Positions 8,860 to 17,519 of a stretch of 58,088 nt of DNA are shown here, in pieces. This stretch comes from Glaciecola sp. Its GTDB lineage: Bacteria; Planctomycetota; UBA1135; GCA-002686595. The translations under genes and the position numbers were made by a program. Position 1 is the first letter of the stretch. Every line of letters begins with the position of its first letter. The stretch is taken from NCBI GenBank assembly GCA_047611645.1, contig JBLFXY010000001.1, positions 1-58,088 on the forward strand, in the 5' to 3' direction. The notes below the pieces were generated by a model. It was not told the origin of the DNA. It saw nothing but the letters and a program-made list of their open reading frames with translations, and did not search any database.

Positions 8860-8894
8860 GACCCCCTGTCGCTTGCCACCGATACAAAAGTGCC
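8847..8894 (+). repeat. about 48-nt repeat element, copy B, just 3' of hemH
   Basis: ggatacagcgtcggaccccctgtcgcttgccaccgatacaaaagtgcc matches the reverse complement of 653-700. Confidence 0.7.
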
Positions 8895-8979
8895 AGGTGA
8901 TCTGCAACATCGGTAGGTGGGACAATTCTATTGGGTATGGCAAGAAGACCATGCGGAGATAGTCCCGGTAGTTGGTTCC

Positions 8980-9045
8980 TTAATACCGAGCCGCGTTCGT
9001 TGTCACCGTTTTTGACAGGAACGCGGCTCGGTGTTTCGGTATTAA
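8980..9045. repeat. palindromic repeat element, copy 2
   Basis: The 53 nt at 8980-9032 are identical to 6912-6964. The right arm carries a small internal duplication (cggtgtttcggtatt). TTAA lies at both outer edges (8980-8983 and 9042-9045). Confidence 0.9.
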
Positions 9046-9078
9046 CAGAGACAGGGCCTGCTGGGAATCCAGCAGAGG

Positions 9079-11928
9079 TTATTCAGCCTTGTCTAGCGGT
9101 CCACGAATCACGCGTTGCACTACGCCCTCAGCCGACAACACCAAGGTTGTGGGAATGGGTAAGCGTTCTAGGTCGGCCCATGGCAAGCCCACGGTCGCGC
9201 CTTCTTCACCGGCTGCCGGCAGATAGAAGGCCGGGTAAGTGGCTCCGCGGTTCTTCATGATGTTGGCCGCGCGTTGCTTGGCGCTCTCGATGTCTACCGA
9301 AATGCCGACGATGCGGATATCATCTGCATCCGCAAGGGCTTGCAGGTCAGGTATTTCTTTGACGCAAGGAGCGCAGTAACTAGCCCAAAGGTTTAGGTAC
9401 AGGGGCTTGCCAGCGGCCGTAGCTTTGACATCGAAGACGACATCTTTGCCAGAAGCGTCCTGCAGGTTGAAGTTCGGCAGGGTTTCGCCGATGCGAACGG
9501 TCAAACCGGCGGGCAAAGGATCCGGCAGGGGCTGGGGCTTTGCTGCGAAGGTTTCGATCTTGTCGGCGCCCTCCACCAGCAGCACACGCGAGCCGGCCGG
9601 CACGTTTTCGAAGACATCCGAATGACCGCCGGGCCATTGAACCAAAAGATTCACCTGCTTTGCTTGACCCACTCCAAAGATCAACTCGGGAACTTGGCAA
9701 GATGCGATTCCTGCACCGCGCGAAAGGACTTGGGCGGTTTGTGAATCACCGATCACAGCGGTCACCTGAGCGCCGATGGCTTCGTATTGTCCGGAGGTCG
9801 CGCGCAAACGAACCTTGATGAACTGACCGTAGTCCGCGTTCAATTCGTTGCGATACAAGGCATGCCTCTCGCGCTGTAACTCGTGCACGAACAGGTCCAC
9901 GTCGCCGTCATCGTCGAAGTCAGCCGCCACGATGGAGCGTCCGTCGTTCGGGGAGTCTGCTCCGGAGAACTGGGAAAGGTCCGCGAAGGTTCCATCGCCC
10001 CGATTGATCCAAACCTTGTCCCGTTCATTGCCACTGAACGAGCGGCCTTCCTGGAACATTTGGTTGTTGTGGCGGGAGAGGTAACGCGCGTTGCCCACTC
10101 CCTCAGTCAGAAGAGATTCGGTTGAATTGGCTTGGATTGAGGACGCCACCACGTGGCGCCAGTAGGTGCTTCATGTGTCATCAGGCAAGGTGCCTGTCAC
10201 AAAACCGTTCGTGCAAAACACGTCCAAGTTTCCGTCGAGGTCAAAGTCGTTCAAGGCCAAGGACCAAGCCCAAGCGCCTCCCGTTCCCCCGGCTTCTTTT
10301 GGAAAGCGTTTGAAGGTGCCATCCGCGCTGCCTTGGAATATGGAGTTGCCGGCCGCCATCTTCTTCAGCGCGGCGTAGATCTCAGGATCGATATCCTCGG
10401 TCAAGCGGTCCAGAATCCGGTTACCCGCCGTAGAGGACATGTTGGAAACGTAGAGATCCAGGATTCCGTCCGAGTTCAAATCGCCAAAAGCGCAGGCCAT
10501 GCCGTTGCCCTGATCCGCAAGGCCAAGAGCCGCAGCCTCATCCTTGAAGGTTCCATCCTTCTGGTTGATCCACATACGATTCGAACCGTAATCGTTGGCC
10601 GCATATATATCGGCCCAACCATCCCCGTTCACGTCCGCGCTTGCAGTGGCGTAGGTCCAACGGCCGCCTTGAATCCCTGCGGCTACGGAAACATCTTGGA
10701 ATCCGCGCCCTTCCAGGTTTCGCAGCAACACGTTATTGGAACCGTTGGTCGCCTCGATCCAGGAGTCGTTGTGCTCTACTTCGAGGCGGCCATAGCATGC
10801 TGCGAAGACATCCAAGTAACCATCGGAATCGAAGTCCATGACGGTCAAGTGATAGGCGGCCATCGGGCCTTTCAGTCCGAGTATTCCGATTTCGCGTTTG
10901 AAATTGCCAGCGCCATCGTTCGTGTACAGCTGGGTGGTTTGGCCTTCGGGTTTGCCGTTGTCGCCGAGCCAACCGATGTGCGCCACCAGCAAATCTTGAT
11001 CGCCATCATTGTCAAAGTCGAAGAATACAGTGCCGGTGCCGGCGGCGGGCTGTGCGACGCCGTGTGCCTCTGCAACTTCTTTGAAGGTGCCATCGTCTTT
11101 GGCGAGGTACAGATAATTGCGGCCGTCGGAGGGTACGAATAGGTCCCAATCCCCGTCACCGTCCACATCAGCACCCGCGGCGCCGTTCCATGCGTAGCTC
11201 TTGTTCTCTTCGGTGCCGAAACGCGGCCAGGTGTGTGCCACTCCCGCCGCCGCCGCCACGTTGGTGAACAGAGGCCCGCCATCTCGCTGCTTCACACCGA
11301 GTGAAGTGAGTGTGAACTTGTTGATTTTCCACGCTCCACGCTGCTTGGTGACCTTCACGTAACCCCAACCAGAAACCGCAATGGGTTCCAGGTTTTGGTC
11401 ACTACCGGTCATGACGATGTTCAATTTGATTTTGCCCCAAGACCTGCGCCCGCTTTGGAATTCTGCGCCTTTCACTTTCCAGATGACCTGCTCGACGCGC
11501 TGCCAGGAGCTCAAGAATCCTGAAACCGAATCCATGAACGCATCTGCGCCGACCGTCTGGGCGCTTTCAGACTTCCAGCTCTGGACTTGAACACCGAGCG
11601 GCAGGCTCTGGGTGTCTCCATTCTCGAGCGGGCTTAGAGCCTGTCCTTCGAAGTCTTCGGCCAGCCAAGTGCGGGCGGCTTCAAAGTTGCGCCGCTTCAA
11701 CTTGTCCGAAAAATCAAGCAGCCAATCGGCCACTTCCTCGGACAGGTCCTCAACCAACTCCATGTGGGTCACAGGCTTGGAGGGATCCTCGATGGTCAAG
11801 TCCGTCGCCTGGCCATCAGAGCTTTGTACCGCAACGGATTCCGCGTTGGAACAGCTACTGATTCCAAACAGGAGAGCGGCACCTAGGACCACGATTGCGC
11901 TGGGCAAGAGCGTTTTATTCATCAACAT
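9079..11928 (-). CDS. CRTAC1 / ASPIC-UnbV family FG-GAP repeat protein fused to a C-terminal TlpA-like thioredoxin domain, interrupted by one in-frame TGA (10171-10173)
   Basis: ORFs 10171..11928 and 9079..10152 are in the same frame: ...FCTNGFVTGTLPDDT-TGA-STYWRHVVASSIQ... There is an N-terminal signal/lipobox (ISSC) and FG-GAP/VCBS repeats (DxDGDGxxDL). An UnbV_ASPIC-like block reads GAQVTAVIG...ELIFGVGQAKQVNLLVQWPGG. The thioredoxin motif is LNLWASYCAPC with PTTLVLSAEG. Confidence 0.8.
10141..10160 (-). promoter_or_regulatory. hairpin starting 11 nt downstream of the in-frame UGA (SECIS-like candidate)
   Basis: The mRNA GGCGCCAC-GUG-GUGGCGUC forms 6-8 bp including one G-U pair, with a G-containing apical loop about 20-24 nt after the UGA. 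Confidence 0.35.
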
Positions 11929-12103
11929 GCCTTCCAGGATAACCGAGTGAGCCTAGCCGGGAGCCCTGGTAGCCGCACTTTCGTTCGTTGCGGCTAAGGG
12001 CTCCCAGTTCTTGACATTTATCGCTGCATTTTGATGCAGCCTCGCTAATCGAGCCTCGCGGCTCTCCTGAATACTGCGGCTTTACAACGTACTGCCAGGG
12101 CAC

Positions 12104-12289
12104 CTAGGTCACGAACAGGGCGTTCGAGAAGTTGTAGCGGGTCTCACACGGCCCTCGGCTGTCGAAATAGGCCGCCTGGAATGTCCCGGAAAATCCAGCC
12201 AGAGTCTCCAACCCGTTGCGTGCCGCAAAGCTCAAGATCTTGGCCCGGGTGATGACAATTCCTGCGTTGCTGCCGCGCCAGCCCTCCAC
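12104..12289 (-). CDS. small hypothetical ORF, possibly a gene remnant
   Basis: EGWRGSNAGIVITRAKILSFAARNGLETLAGFSGTFQAAYFDSRGPCETRYNFSNALFVT. The same frame extends upstream to ATG 12345 only across an in-frame TAG. No family is recognised. Confidence 0.3.
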   Translation of the reverse strand: MEGWRGSNAGIVITRAKILSFAARNGLETLAGFSGTFQAAYFDSRGPCETRYNFSNALFVT

Positions 12290-12408
12290 GACCAGAACGT
12301 TGTTGTCGGTGCTGGAGATGCAAAGAAGACCGTCCTAGGCCGGATTGGGTGAACCGGGGCGACCCATCATGAGATAGGTGGGAGCCCTGCTGGAGAGATA
12401 GCTCGCGC

Positions 12409-13689
12409 TCACCCGAACTTATTCCGCAATCCGTAGAAGCCAACCACGCCGAAAAAGATGATGGTGGAGAGCAGCGCGAGCGTCGTATACCAGCGATTGC
12501 GGAGGTCTCCCACCCAGTCTCGACGGCCATTCATAATCAGAAGTGCGATGGCTAAGAGCGGCATGAACGCAGCTCCAAAGATTGCATATACCTTCTGGAT
12601 CTCTTTGAACGGCATGTGCAGTCCGATAAGGGGGATCACCGCCAAGGCCCACAGGTAGCCGCGATAGGAACGGCTGCTTTCGGAGACGGGCTGGCTCGCT
12701 TTGCTTGCGTCCTTGCTTAGCAGACGCAGGTAGTCCGCAAACACATACGGAACCGCCTGCCAGACCCCGAGCAGGCTGCTGAAGATCGCCCCCCACGCGC
12801 CAATCAAGAACGCCCAGCGACCCGCGGACCCCAGAGGCTCGGACAATTGATCCGCAAGCGCCACGATCAACCCCGCGCCATTGCCTTCGATTTCGATGTG
12901 GGAGCCAATCACGACCATGGCCACGCCGAAGATCGCGGTCATGAGGTAGCCCACCGCCAAATCGATGCGACAAGTCGTCAAATACCCCACGCCTTCGCGG
13001 CCCTTTTCGCGGATCCAGTACCCGTAACAGAGCACTGTGAGGGTTCCACCCACCCCGCCCATGAGCGCCACCGTCCACTGCAATCCACTCTCACGCCACT
13101 GCGGAATCGAGGGCTTAAACAGACCTTGCATGAGCTCTACCGGATCGGGCCTGAGCAGAATTGCCGTGGTCACTACGACGGCAAACATGATCCCGATGCA
13201 AACCCCCATGATCTTCTCGAACAAGCCGAACCCACCCACTCGAACCAAAAGCAGTGCCACAAAACTGTGTGCCACGCCAAACACCACCTGTCCCGTGCTC
13301 GCATCATCGAAGACTGGGAAAATGGCGTGCATCGCAATTCCGCATCCACTCAAAAGGGAGTTCGCCACGAAGAACGACCACAGCAGTAGGTACGCGCCAA
13401 AAATAACGCGCGCGGTCCAGCCCAAACGCTTCATGGCACCTTCGAGCAAGGTCTGTCCCGTGGCCAACTGATAGCGCGCCAGCCCTTCGGTCAAAACAAA
13501 CTTGATGGCTGCACCCAAGAGCACAGCCCAAAGGATCGCAAGTCCCAAGCGACTGCCGCTGATCGCCGCCAGGGCCAAGTCTCCCGCCCCCACTCCTGTG
13601 GCTGCGATCAGGATTCCAGGGCCCACAATGGTCAGGATGCGTGTGAGCCGGCTAGGGACGCGCGCGCCCTCGGATTCTGTGGTCGCCAT
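12409..13689 (-). CDS. Nramp-family divalent metal cation transporter (MntH-related)
   Basis: Polytopic, about 11 TM. The N-terminal GPGILIAATGVGAGDLALAAISGSRLGLAILWAVLLGAAIKFVLTEGLARYQLATGQTLLEG resembles the Nramp core. Confidence 0.6.
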   Translation of the reverse strand: MATTESEGARVPSRLTRILTIVGPGILIAATGVGAGDLALAAISGSRLGLAILWAVLLGAAIKFVLTEGLARYQLATGQTLLEGAMKRLGWTARVIFGAYLLLWSFFVANSLLSGCGIAMHAIFPVFDDASTGQVVFGVAHSFVALLLVRVGGFGLFEKIMGVCIGIMFAVVVTTAILLRPDPVELMQGLFKPSIPQWRESGLQWTVALMGGVGGTLTVLCYGYWIREKGREGVGYLTTCRIDLAVGYLMTAIFGVAMVVIGSHIEIEGNGAGLIVALADQLSEPLGSAGRWAFLIGAWGAIFSSLLGVWQAVPYVFADYLRLLSKDASKASQPVSESSRSYRGYLWALAVIPLIGLHMPFKEIQKVYAIFGAAFMPLLAIALLIMNGRRDWVGDLRNRWYTTLALLSTIIFFGVVGFYGLRNKFG

Positions 13690-13695
13690 GGACGG

Positions 13696-15006
13696 TTAGC
13701 TTGTTTGGCCCTGGTCTTGGCTGGCCGGAGCTTTCTTGAAGATCAGCCACACCGCGACCAGATATACGCCCAAGATCGCAAACTCGATCAAGAGCGGAAT
13801 CCGGTTCGGGCGCGTCATGAACGCAACGGTCACCTGTCCCAGGTTGGCTCCTTCGCCATAGTTCATGAACAGGGGCAGAGTCGCTTCGCCCGGTTGACTC
13901 AACGTCTCGTGATCGGTTTTCGGGAACGAAACGAAGGCGCGATAGACCAATAATTGCGCGGCCAGGAGGGGTCCATAAAACAGAAGCTTCGCTCGCTTGG
14001 TTTGCAAACCAAGCCAGCCCTCGTGCAGCGCCCAGCCCAAGATAGGCAAACAACCAGGCAGCAACCAGAACACAAAGCGGTCGGTGTGGTTGCCTGCGGT
14101 CGCCGACAGGAATGCCATGCCCACAAGGAAAATCGGGAGCTCCAGGTTCTTACCCAGGAACCTCCATAGGGAGCGATTGCCCATGGATCCAAGGAGCACG
14201 AACAGCAACGGCCCAATCGCGGTCAGTGCGCAGAGCAGAATGATCTCGGGGAACTGACGATTGCGGGCGAACGAAGCCTGCATGTGCGAGATCGTTTCAT
14301 ATCCGCCCATAGCGTCGGCGACCAGATAGCGCGTAGCCACCAGCGAAGCGATCGTGCAAGACAGAATCACCACCCGGTAAACGGTTTGCTTGGACGCCAG
14401 CCGCGCTTCGCCGCTTGTCATGCATCGGAGGATATGGGCACCTAAGAAGGTCAACGGCACCACCAAAACGACTTCGCGCACCAAGGCTCCCAAGCAGCCC
14501 AAAACTACCAATAGCGCAGTTGTCTTCGCGTTGAGCACGGGGTTGGCCTTAAACACCCAAAAAGATGCCAGCAGGAAAGCGAAGGTAGCCGGCTCCACAT
14601 TGACGGGGAGAAAAGGCACGTATCTGAAGGGCGAATAGGGGTTGGCGATATAGAGCGCCAGCAACCAGCCCGCCATGCTGCGGCTCAAACCATAGGCGCG
14701 CAGTAGCAGGAACAAGCACAGAACCAACAGCACACCAAACACCAGACCCACTACGTCATAACCGTGCATGACGTCTTCCGGGAAGAACTTGCCCACCAAG
14801 AAGGGCACCGCCAGCCGATACACAAACGGCTTGAATGTCGCGATCGGCTCACCGTCGGCCACCTGGTTGGCCATTTGGTAGTAGACGGCGCTGTCATAGG
14901 GCCGCCCCTGTTCGTACTCGATACGCTCCTGCGTAAACGTGTAGGTCAGGGCGAGTACCACGCACAGAATCAGCGGGGTCCACGCGGAGCGTAGTACGGA
15001 AATCAC
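13696..15006 (-). CDS. polytopic integral membrane protein, possibly a GT-C-type glycosyltransferase
   Basis: 436 codons with at least 10 hydrophobic helices and an N-terminal loop with acidic/aromatic residues. It lies 7 nt upstream of the Nramp gene on the same strand. The function is inferred only weakly. Confidence 0.6.
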   Translation of the reverse strand: MISVLRSAWTPLILCVVLALTYTFTQERIEYEQGRPYDSAVYYQMANQVADGEPIATFKPFVYRLAVPFLVGKFFPEDVMHGYDVVGLVFGVLLVLCLFLLLRAYGLSRSMAGWLLALYIANPYSPFRYVPFLPVNVEPATFAFLLASFWVFKANPVLNAKTTALLVVLGCLGALVREVVLVVPLTFLGAHILRCMTSGEARLASKQTVYRVVILSCTIASLVATRYLVADAMGGYETISHMQASFARNRQFPEIILLCALTAIGPLLFVLLGSMGNRSLWRFLGKNLELPIFLVGMAFLSATAGNHTDRFVFWLLPGCLPILGWALHEGWLGLQTKRAKLLFYGPLLAAQLLVYRAFVSFPKTDHETLSQPGEATLPLFMNYGEGANLGQVTVAFMTRPNRIPLLIEFAILGVYLVAVWLIFKKAPASQDQGQTS

Positions 15007-15046
15007 CTTCGGATTCTATCAGGGGAGCTGTGGCTTGGTTCCAGGG

Positions 15047-15565
15047 CTATGCCTGCGGTTCCACATTCACCATCCACTTTGAGAACTCATTCAAGAACGT
15101 CTCGAAGCTGGCCAAGTGCTCAGCTGGGAATCCGTGCTGCTCGACGTCCTCCTGCAACGACCCCTTGAAACACTTCAGCCACTCCTCCCGGGCGGCTGCA
15201 TCGATTTCGAATGGGAAGTGCCGTTGGCGCATGCGAGGCGGCCCGTAGTTCTCCGTATATAGGGGCTCTCCCCCCATGACCTGGACGAAAAACGCTGCGG
15301 AGCGACGCGATGCGGCCTCCAGGTCCTCGGCGAACATGGGCCGAATGGGCGAGCTGCCAATGCGTTTGTAGGTGTTGGAAAGGATCCGAAAGATGCCTTC
15401 CTGGCCAAGGATCTCGAGGATGGCCTGGTTGGGCCGGTCCACCTGGGGAGGTCCACCCTGGGGCGTGTAGATGGGCTGGGTACGTTCGCGTTGGGGCATG
15501 GGGAGGTATATAGGTTGCTGGGCCTGTCCTGGCTCGGGCGTGATCATGCCTTTTCTTTGTGCCAT
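15047..15565 (-). CDS. truncated haemoglobin (bacterial-like globin family) with a proline-rich N-terminal extension
   Basis: FFVQVMGGEPLYTENYGPPRMRQRHFPFEIDAAAREEWLKCF matches the trHb GGP.Y...G.P.mr..H..f.I pattern. The N-terminus has repeated QPIY(L/T)P. Confidence 0.7.
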   Translation of the reverse strand: MAQRKGMITPEPGQAQQPIYLPMPQRERTQPIYTPQGGPPQVDRPNQAILEILGQEGIFRILSNTYKRIGSSPIRPMFAEDLEAASRRSAAFFVQVMGGEPLYTENYGPPRMRQRHFPFEIDAAAREEWLKCFKGSLQEDVEQHGFPAEHLASFETFLNEFSKWMVNVEPQA

Positions 15566-15676
15566 TTCGGACCAGAAACCCTCTCCTGATGCGTTTCCAG
15601 CCCGCTTGCACGATCATAATTCGATAATAATAGAAATAAGATTGAGACATCCCCCTCAAAGGCCGAATCTATTTCC

Positions 15677-16006
15677 ATGAGTATGGAACAAGTCGCAACC
15701 AGGCTGGCTGCCCTCGGCAACACCACCCGCCTAGGCATCTACCGGATCCTGGTACGTGCTGGCCACACAGGCCTGCCCGTAGCGGGCGTGCAAACCAAAC
15801 TCGACATCCCGGCATCCACCCTTTCCCACCACCTGCACAAGCTGCTTGAGGTCGGTCTGGTGAGTCAGGAACGTGAGGGCACGACCCTGATTTGTCACGC
15901 GGATTTCAGCGTGATGGAAGCCACCTTCGCCCTCTTCGAAAAAGAATGTTGCGTCGACGAGCAGGGCGCGCAGCCCTGCAAACCCGACGAAACCCCCTGC
16001 TGCTAA
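15677..16006 (+). CDS. arsR: ArsR/SmtB-family metalloregulator with a C-terminal cysteine cluster
   Basis: LAALGNTTRLGIYRILV...STLSHHLHKLLEVGLVSQEREG is a winged HTH. There is no CVC in helix 3, and the C-terminal tail reads ECCVDEQGAQPCKPDETPCC. It lies directly upstream of arsM. Confidence 0.8.
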   Translation: MSMEQVATRLAALGNTTRLGIYRILVRAGHTGLPVAGVQTKLDIPASTLSHHLHKLLEVGLVSQEREGTTLICHADFSVMEATFALFEKECCVDEQGAQPCKPDETPCC

Positions 16007-16022
16007 AACCGAGCTACCCATC

Positions 16023-16979
16023 ATGTCTGAGAAAACAAAAGAAGCCGTGCGCAAAGGATACGGCGCCGTCGCGCAAGCTGGACTGAGCTCCAGCCAAGGC
16101 GGCATCAAAAGCATCGCAAACGCATTTGGCTACAGCGATGAGGAGCTTGCGAGCATTCCGGCGGAGTCCAACATGGGGCTTTCGTGCGGAAACCCGGTGG
16201 CCATGGCATCTATCAAAGAAGGCGAAACCGTGGTCGATCTAGGCGCTGGCGGCGGACTGGACGTGTTCTTGGCATCCAAGAAAGTCGGTCCCACCGGTCA
16301 AGCGATCGGCATCGACATGACTGGCGACATGGTGTCCCTGGCGCGCAAGAACGCGGAAAAGGGCGGCTACCAGAACGTACGTTTCTACCTGGGTGAAATC
16401 GAAGCCATGCCCCTTCCGGATAACTCCGTGGACTGCGTGATCTCCAATTGCGTGCTCAACCTGTGCCCCGACAAGGACGCCGCGCTCAAGGAAATCCACC
16501 GCATCCTCAAACCTGGCGGACGCCTCGCCGTGTCCGACATCGCACTCAAGCAGGAGCTACCCGACGCCATTGCAAACGAGGTCGCCGCATGGACCGGTTG
16601 CATCGCTGGCGCTCTGACCATCGAAGACAATCGCGACAAACTGGCCAGAGCCGGTTTCGGGCAAGTCGACATTCAGGACGCGGGCAGCGATCTGAACGCC
16701 TACCGAGACGGCGGACACGCCGCCTGCTGCGGTCCGGCCTCCGATGCGGACATGAGCGCGGAGGCCGAGGAAAGCGCATGTTGCGAGCCCGCAACGGAGG
16801 ACTCCGAAGCCTGCTGCGCGCCCGCTGCCGAGGAAACCAGCAGCGCGGACTCCTGCGGCTCCCCTTCCTCTGAACCCGATACCAGCTATCACATTACGAT
16901 GGATGCGCTACTGGACACCTTCGACGTGAATGCCTACGCGGCCAGCGTCAAGATTTTCGCAATCAAGCCCGCCAGCTAG
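16023..16979 (+). CDS. arsM: arsenite S-adenosylmethionine methyltransferase
   Basis: GLSCGNP, the SAM motif [36 protein letters not shown] and WTGCIAGA. The acidic C-terminal tail carries three CC doublets. Confidence 0.85.
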   Translation: MSEKTKEAVRKGYGAVAQAGLSSSQGGIKSIANAFGYSDEELASIPAESNMGLSCGNPVAMASIKEGETVVDLGAGGGLDVFLASKKVGPTGQAIGIDMTGDMVSLARKNAEKGGYQNVRFYLGEIEAMPLPDNSVDCVISNCVLNLCPDKDAALKEIHRILKPGGRLAVSDIALKQELPDAIANEVAAWTGCIAGALTIEDNRDKLARAGFGQVDIQDAGSDLNAYRDGGHAACCGPASDADMSAEAEESACCEPATEDSEACCAPAAEETSSADSCGSPSSEPDTSYHITMDALLDTFDVNAYAASVKIFAIKPAS

Positions 16980-17036
16980 TCCCACTGCGATCCACCCTGA
17001 CCGATAGGCCTCGGCGCCACGGTCAGGGTGCAATCA

Positions 17037-17519
17037 TCACGGTGCGACTTCGACGTACTCCGGAGATGTTCTCCAACTGAACAGCCACAATAACCGGCGG
17101 CTTCTCTTCTCTCGCACTCCCACCGGAGTGGTGATTTGTTCCCGATGTGTTTGGAACAGTCCCCAAAGGTACGAGTCAAATTTGTGACCTTCGTACAATT
17201 TGTGATCGGTGTCATAGCGATTGACTGTCGCATCGATGAACCCAAAGAATGGGAAGTAGGCGTCAAAGTCTGCCTCAACAAAGCCCTTCGGAATTCCCTC
17301 CTCGTCTGTCTGAGCGAATACGTTTAAGTGCGTGTGAAGCAGGGGGATCATTTTCATCTCGTACAGATTCCCACTCTCCCCACTCTCAGCCTCTTGAGCG
17401 AATGCTTCCCCCAGGAGCTCCGCGCGCGAGAGTCCGCTCTCCTCAGACAGCTCGTCGAAGTTGTAGTTGCTTGCGGCACATCCGGTAGCCACTAGGAATA
17501 GTCCAGCTGTAAGACTCAT
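17037..17519 (-). CDS. hypothetical lipoprotein
   Basis: ATG 17519 gives MSLTAGLFLVATGCAASN (lipobox). No family is recognised. The longer ORF start at 17645 is unlikely. Confidence 0.6.
   Translation of the reverse strand: MSLTAGLFLVATGCAASNYNFDELSEESGLSRAELLGEAFAQEAESGESGNLYEMKMIPLLHTHLNVFAQTDEEGIPKGFVEADFDAYFPFFGFIDATVNRYDTDHKLYEGHKFDSYLWGLFQTHREQITTPVGVREKRSRRLLWLFSWRTSPEYVEVAP

Noticed and set aside
10153-11142. 329-codon plus-strand ORF
   Set aside because: It is exactly antisense to the FG-GAP repeat gene. The translation is low-complexity with no motifs. It is a typical shadow ORF of a GC-rich coding region.
15566-15676. ArsR operator in the AT-rich divergent promoter (cgatcataattcgataataatagaaataag)
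   Set aside because: I could not identify a clear 12-2-12 type inverted repeat. The region is a likely promoter, but no specific site can be supported.
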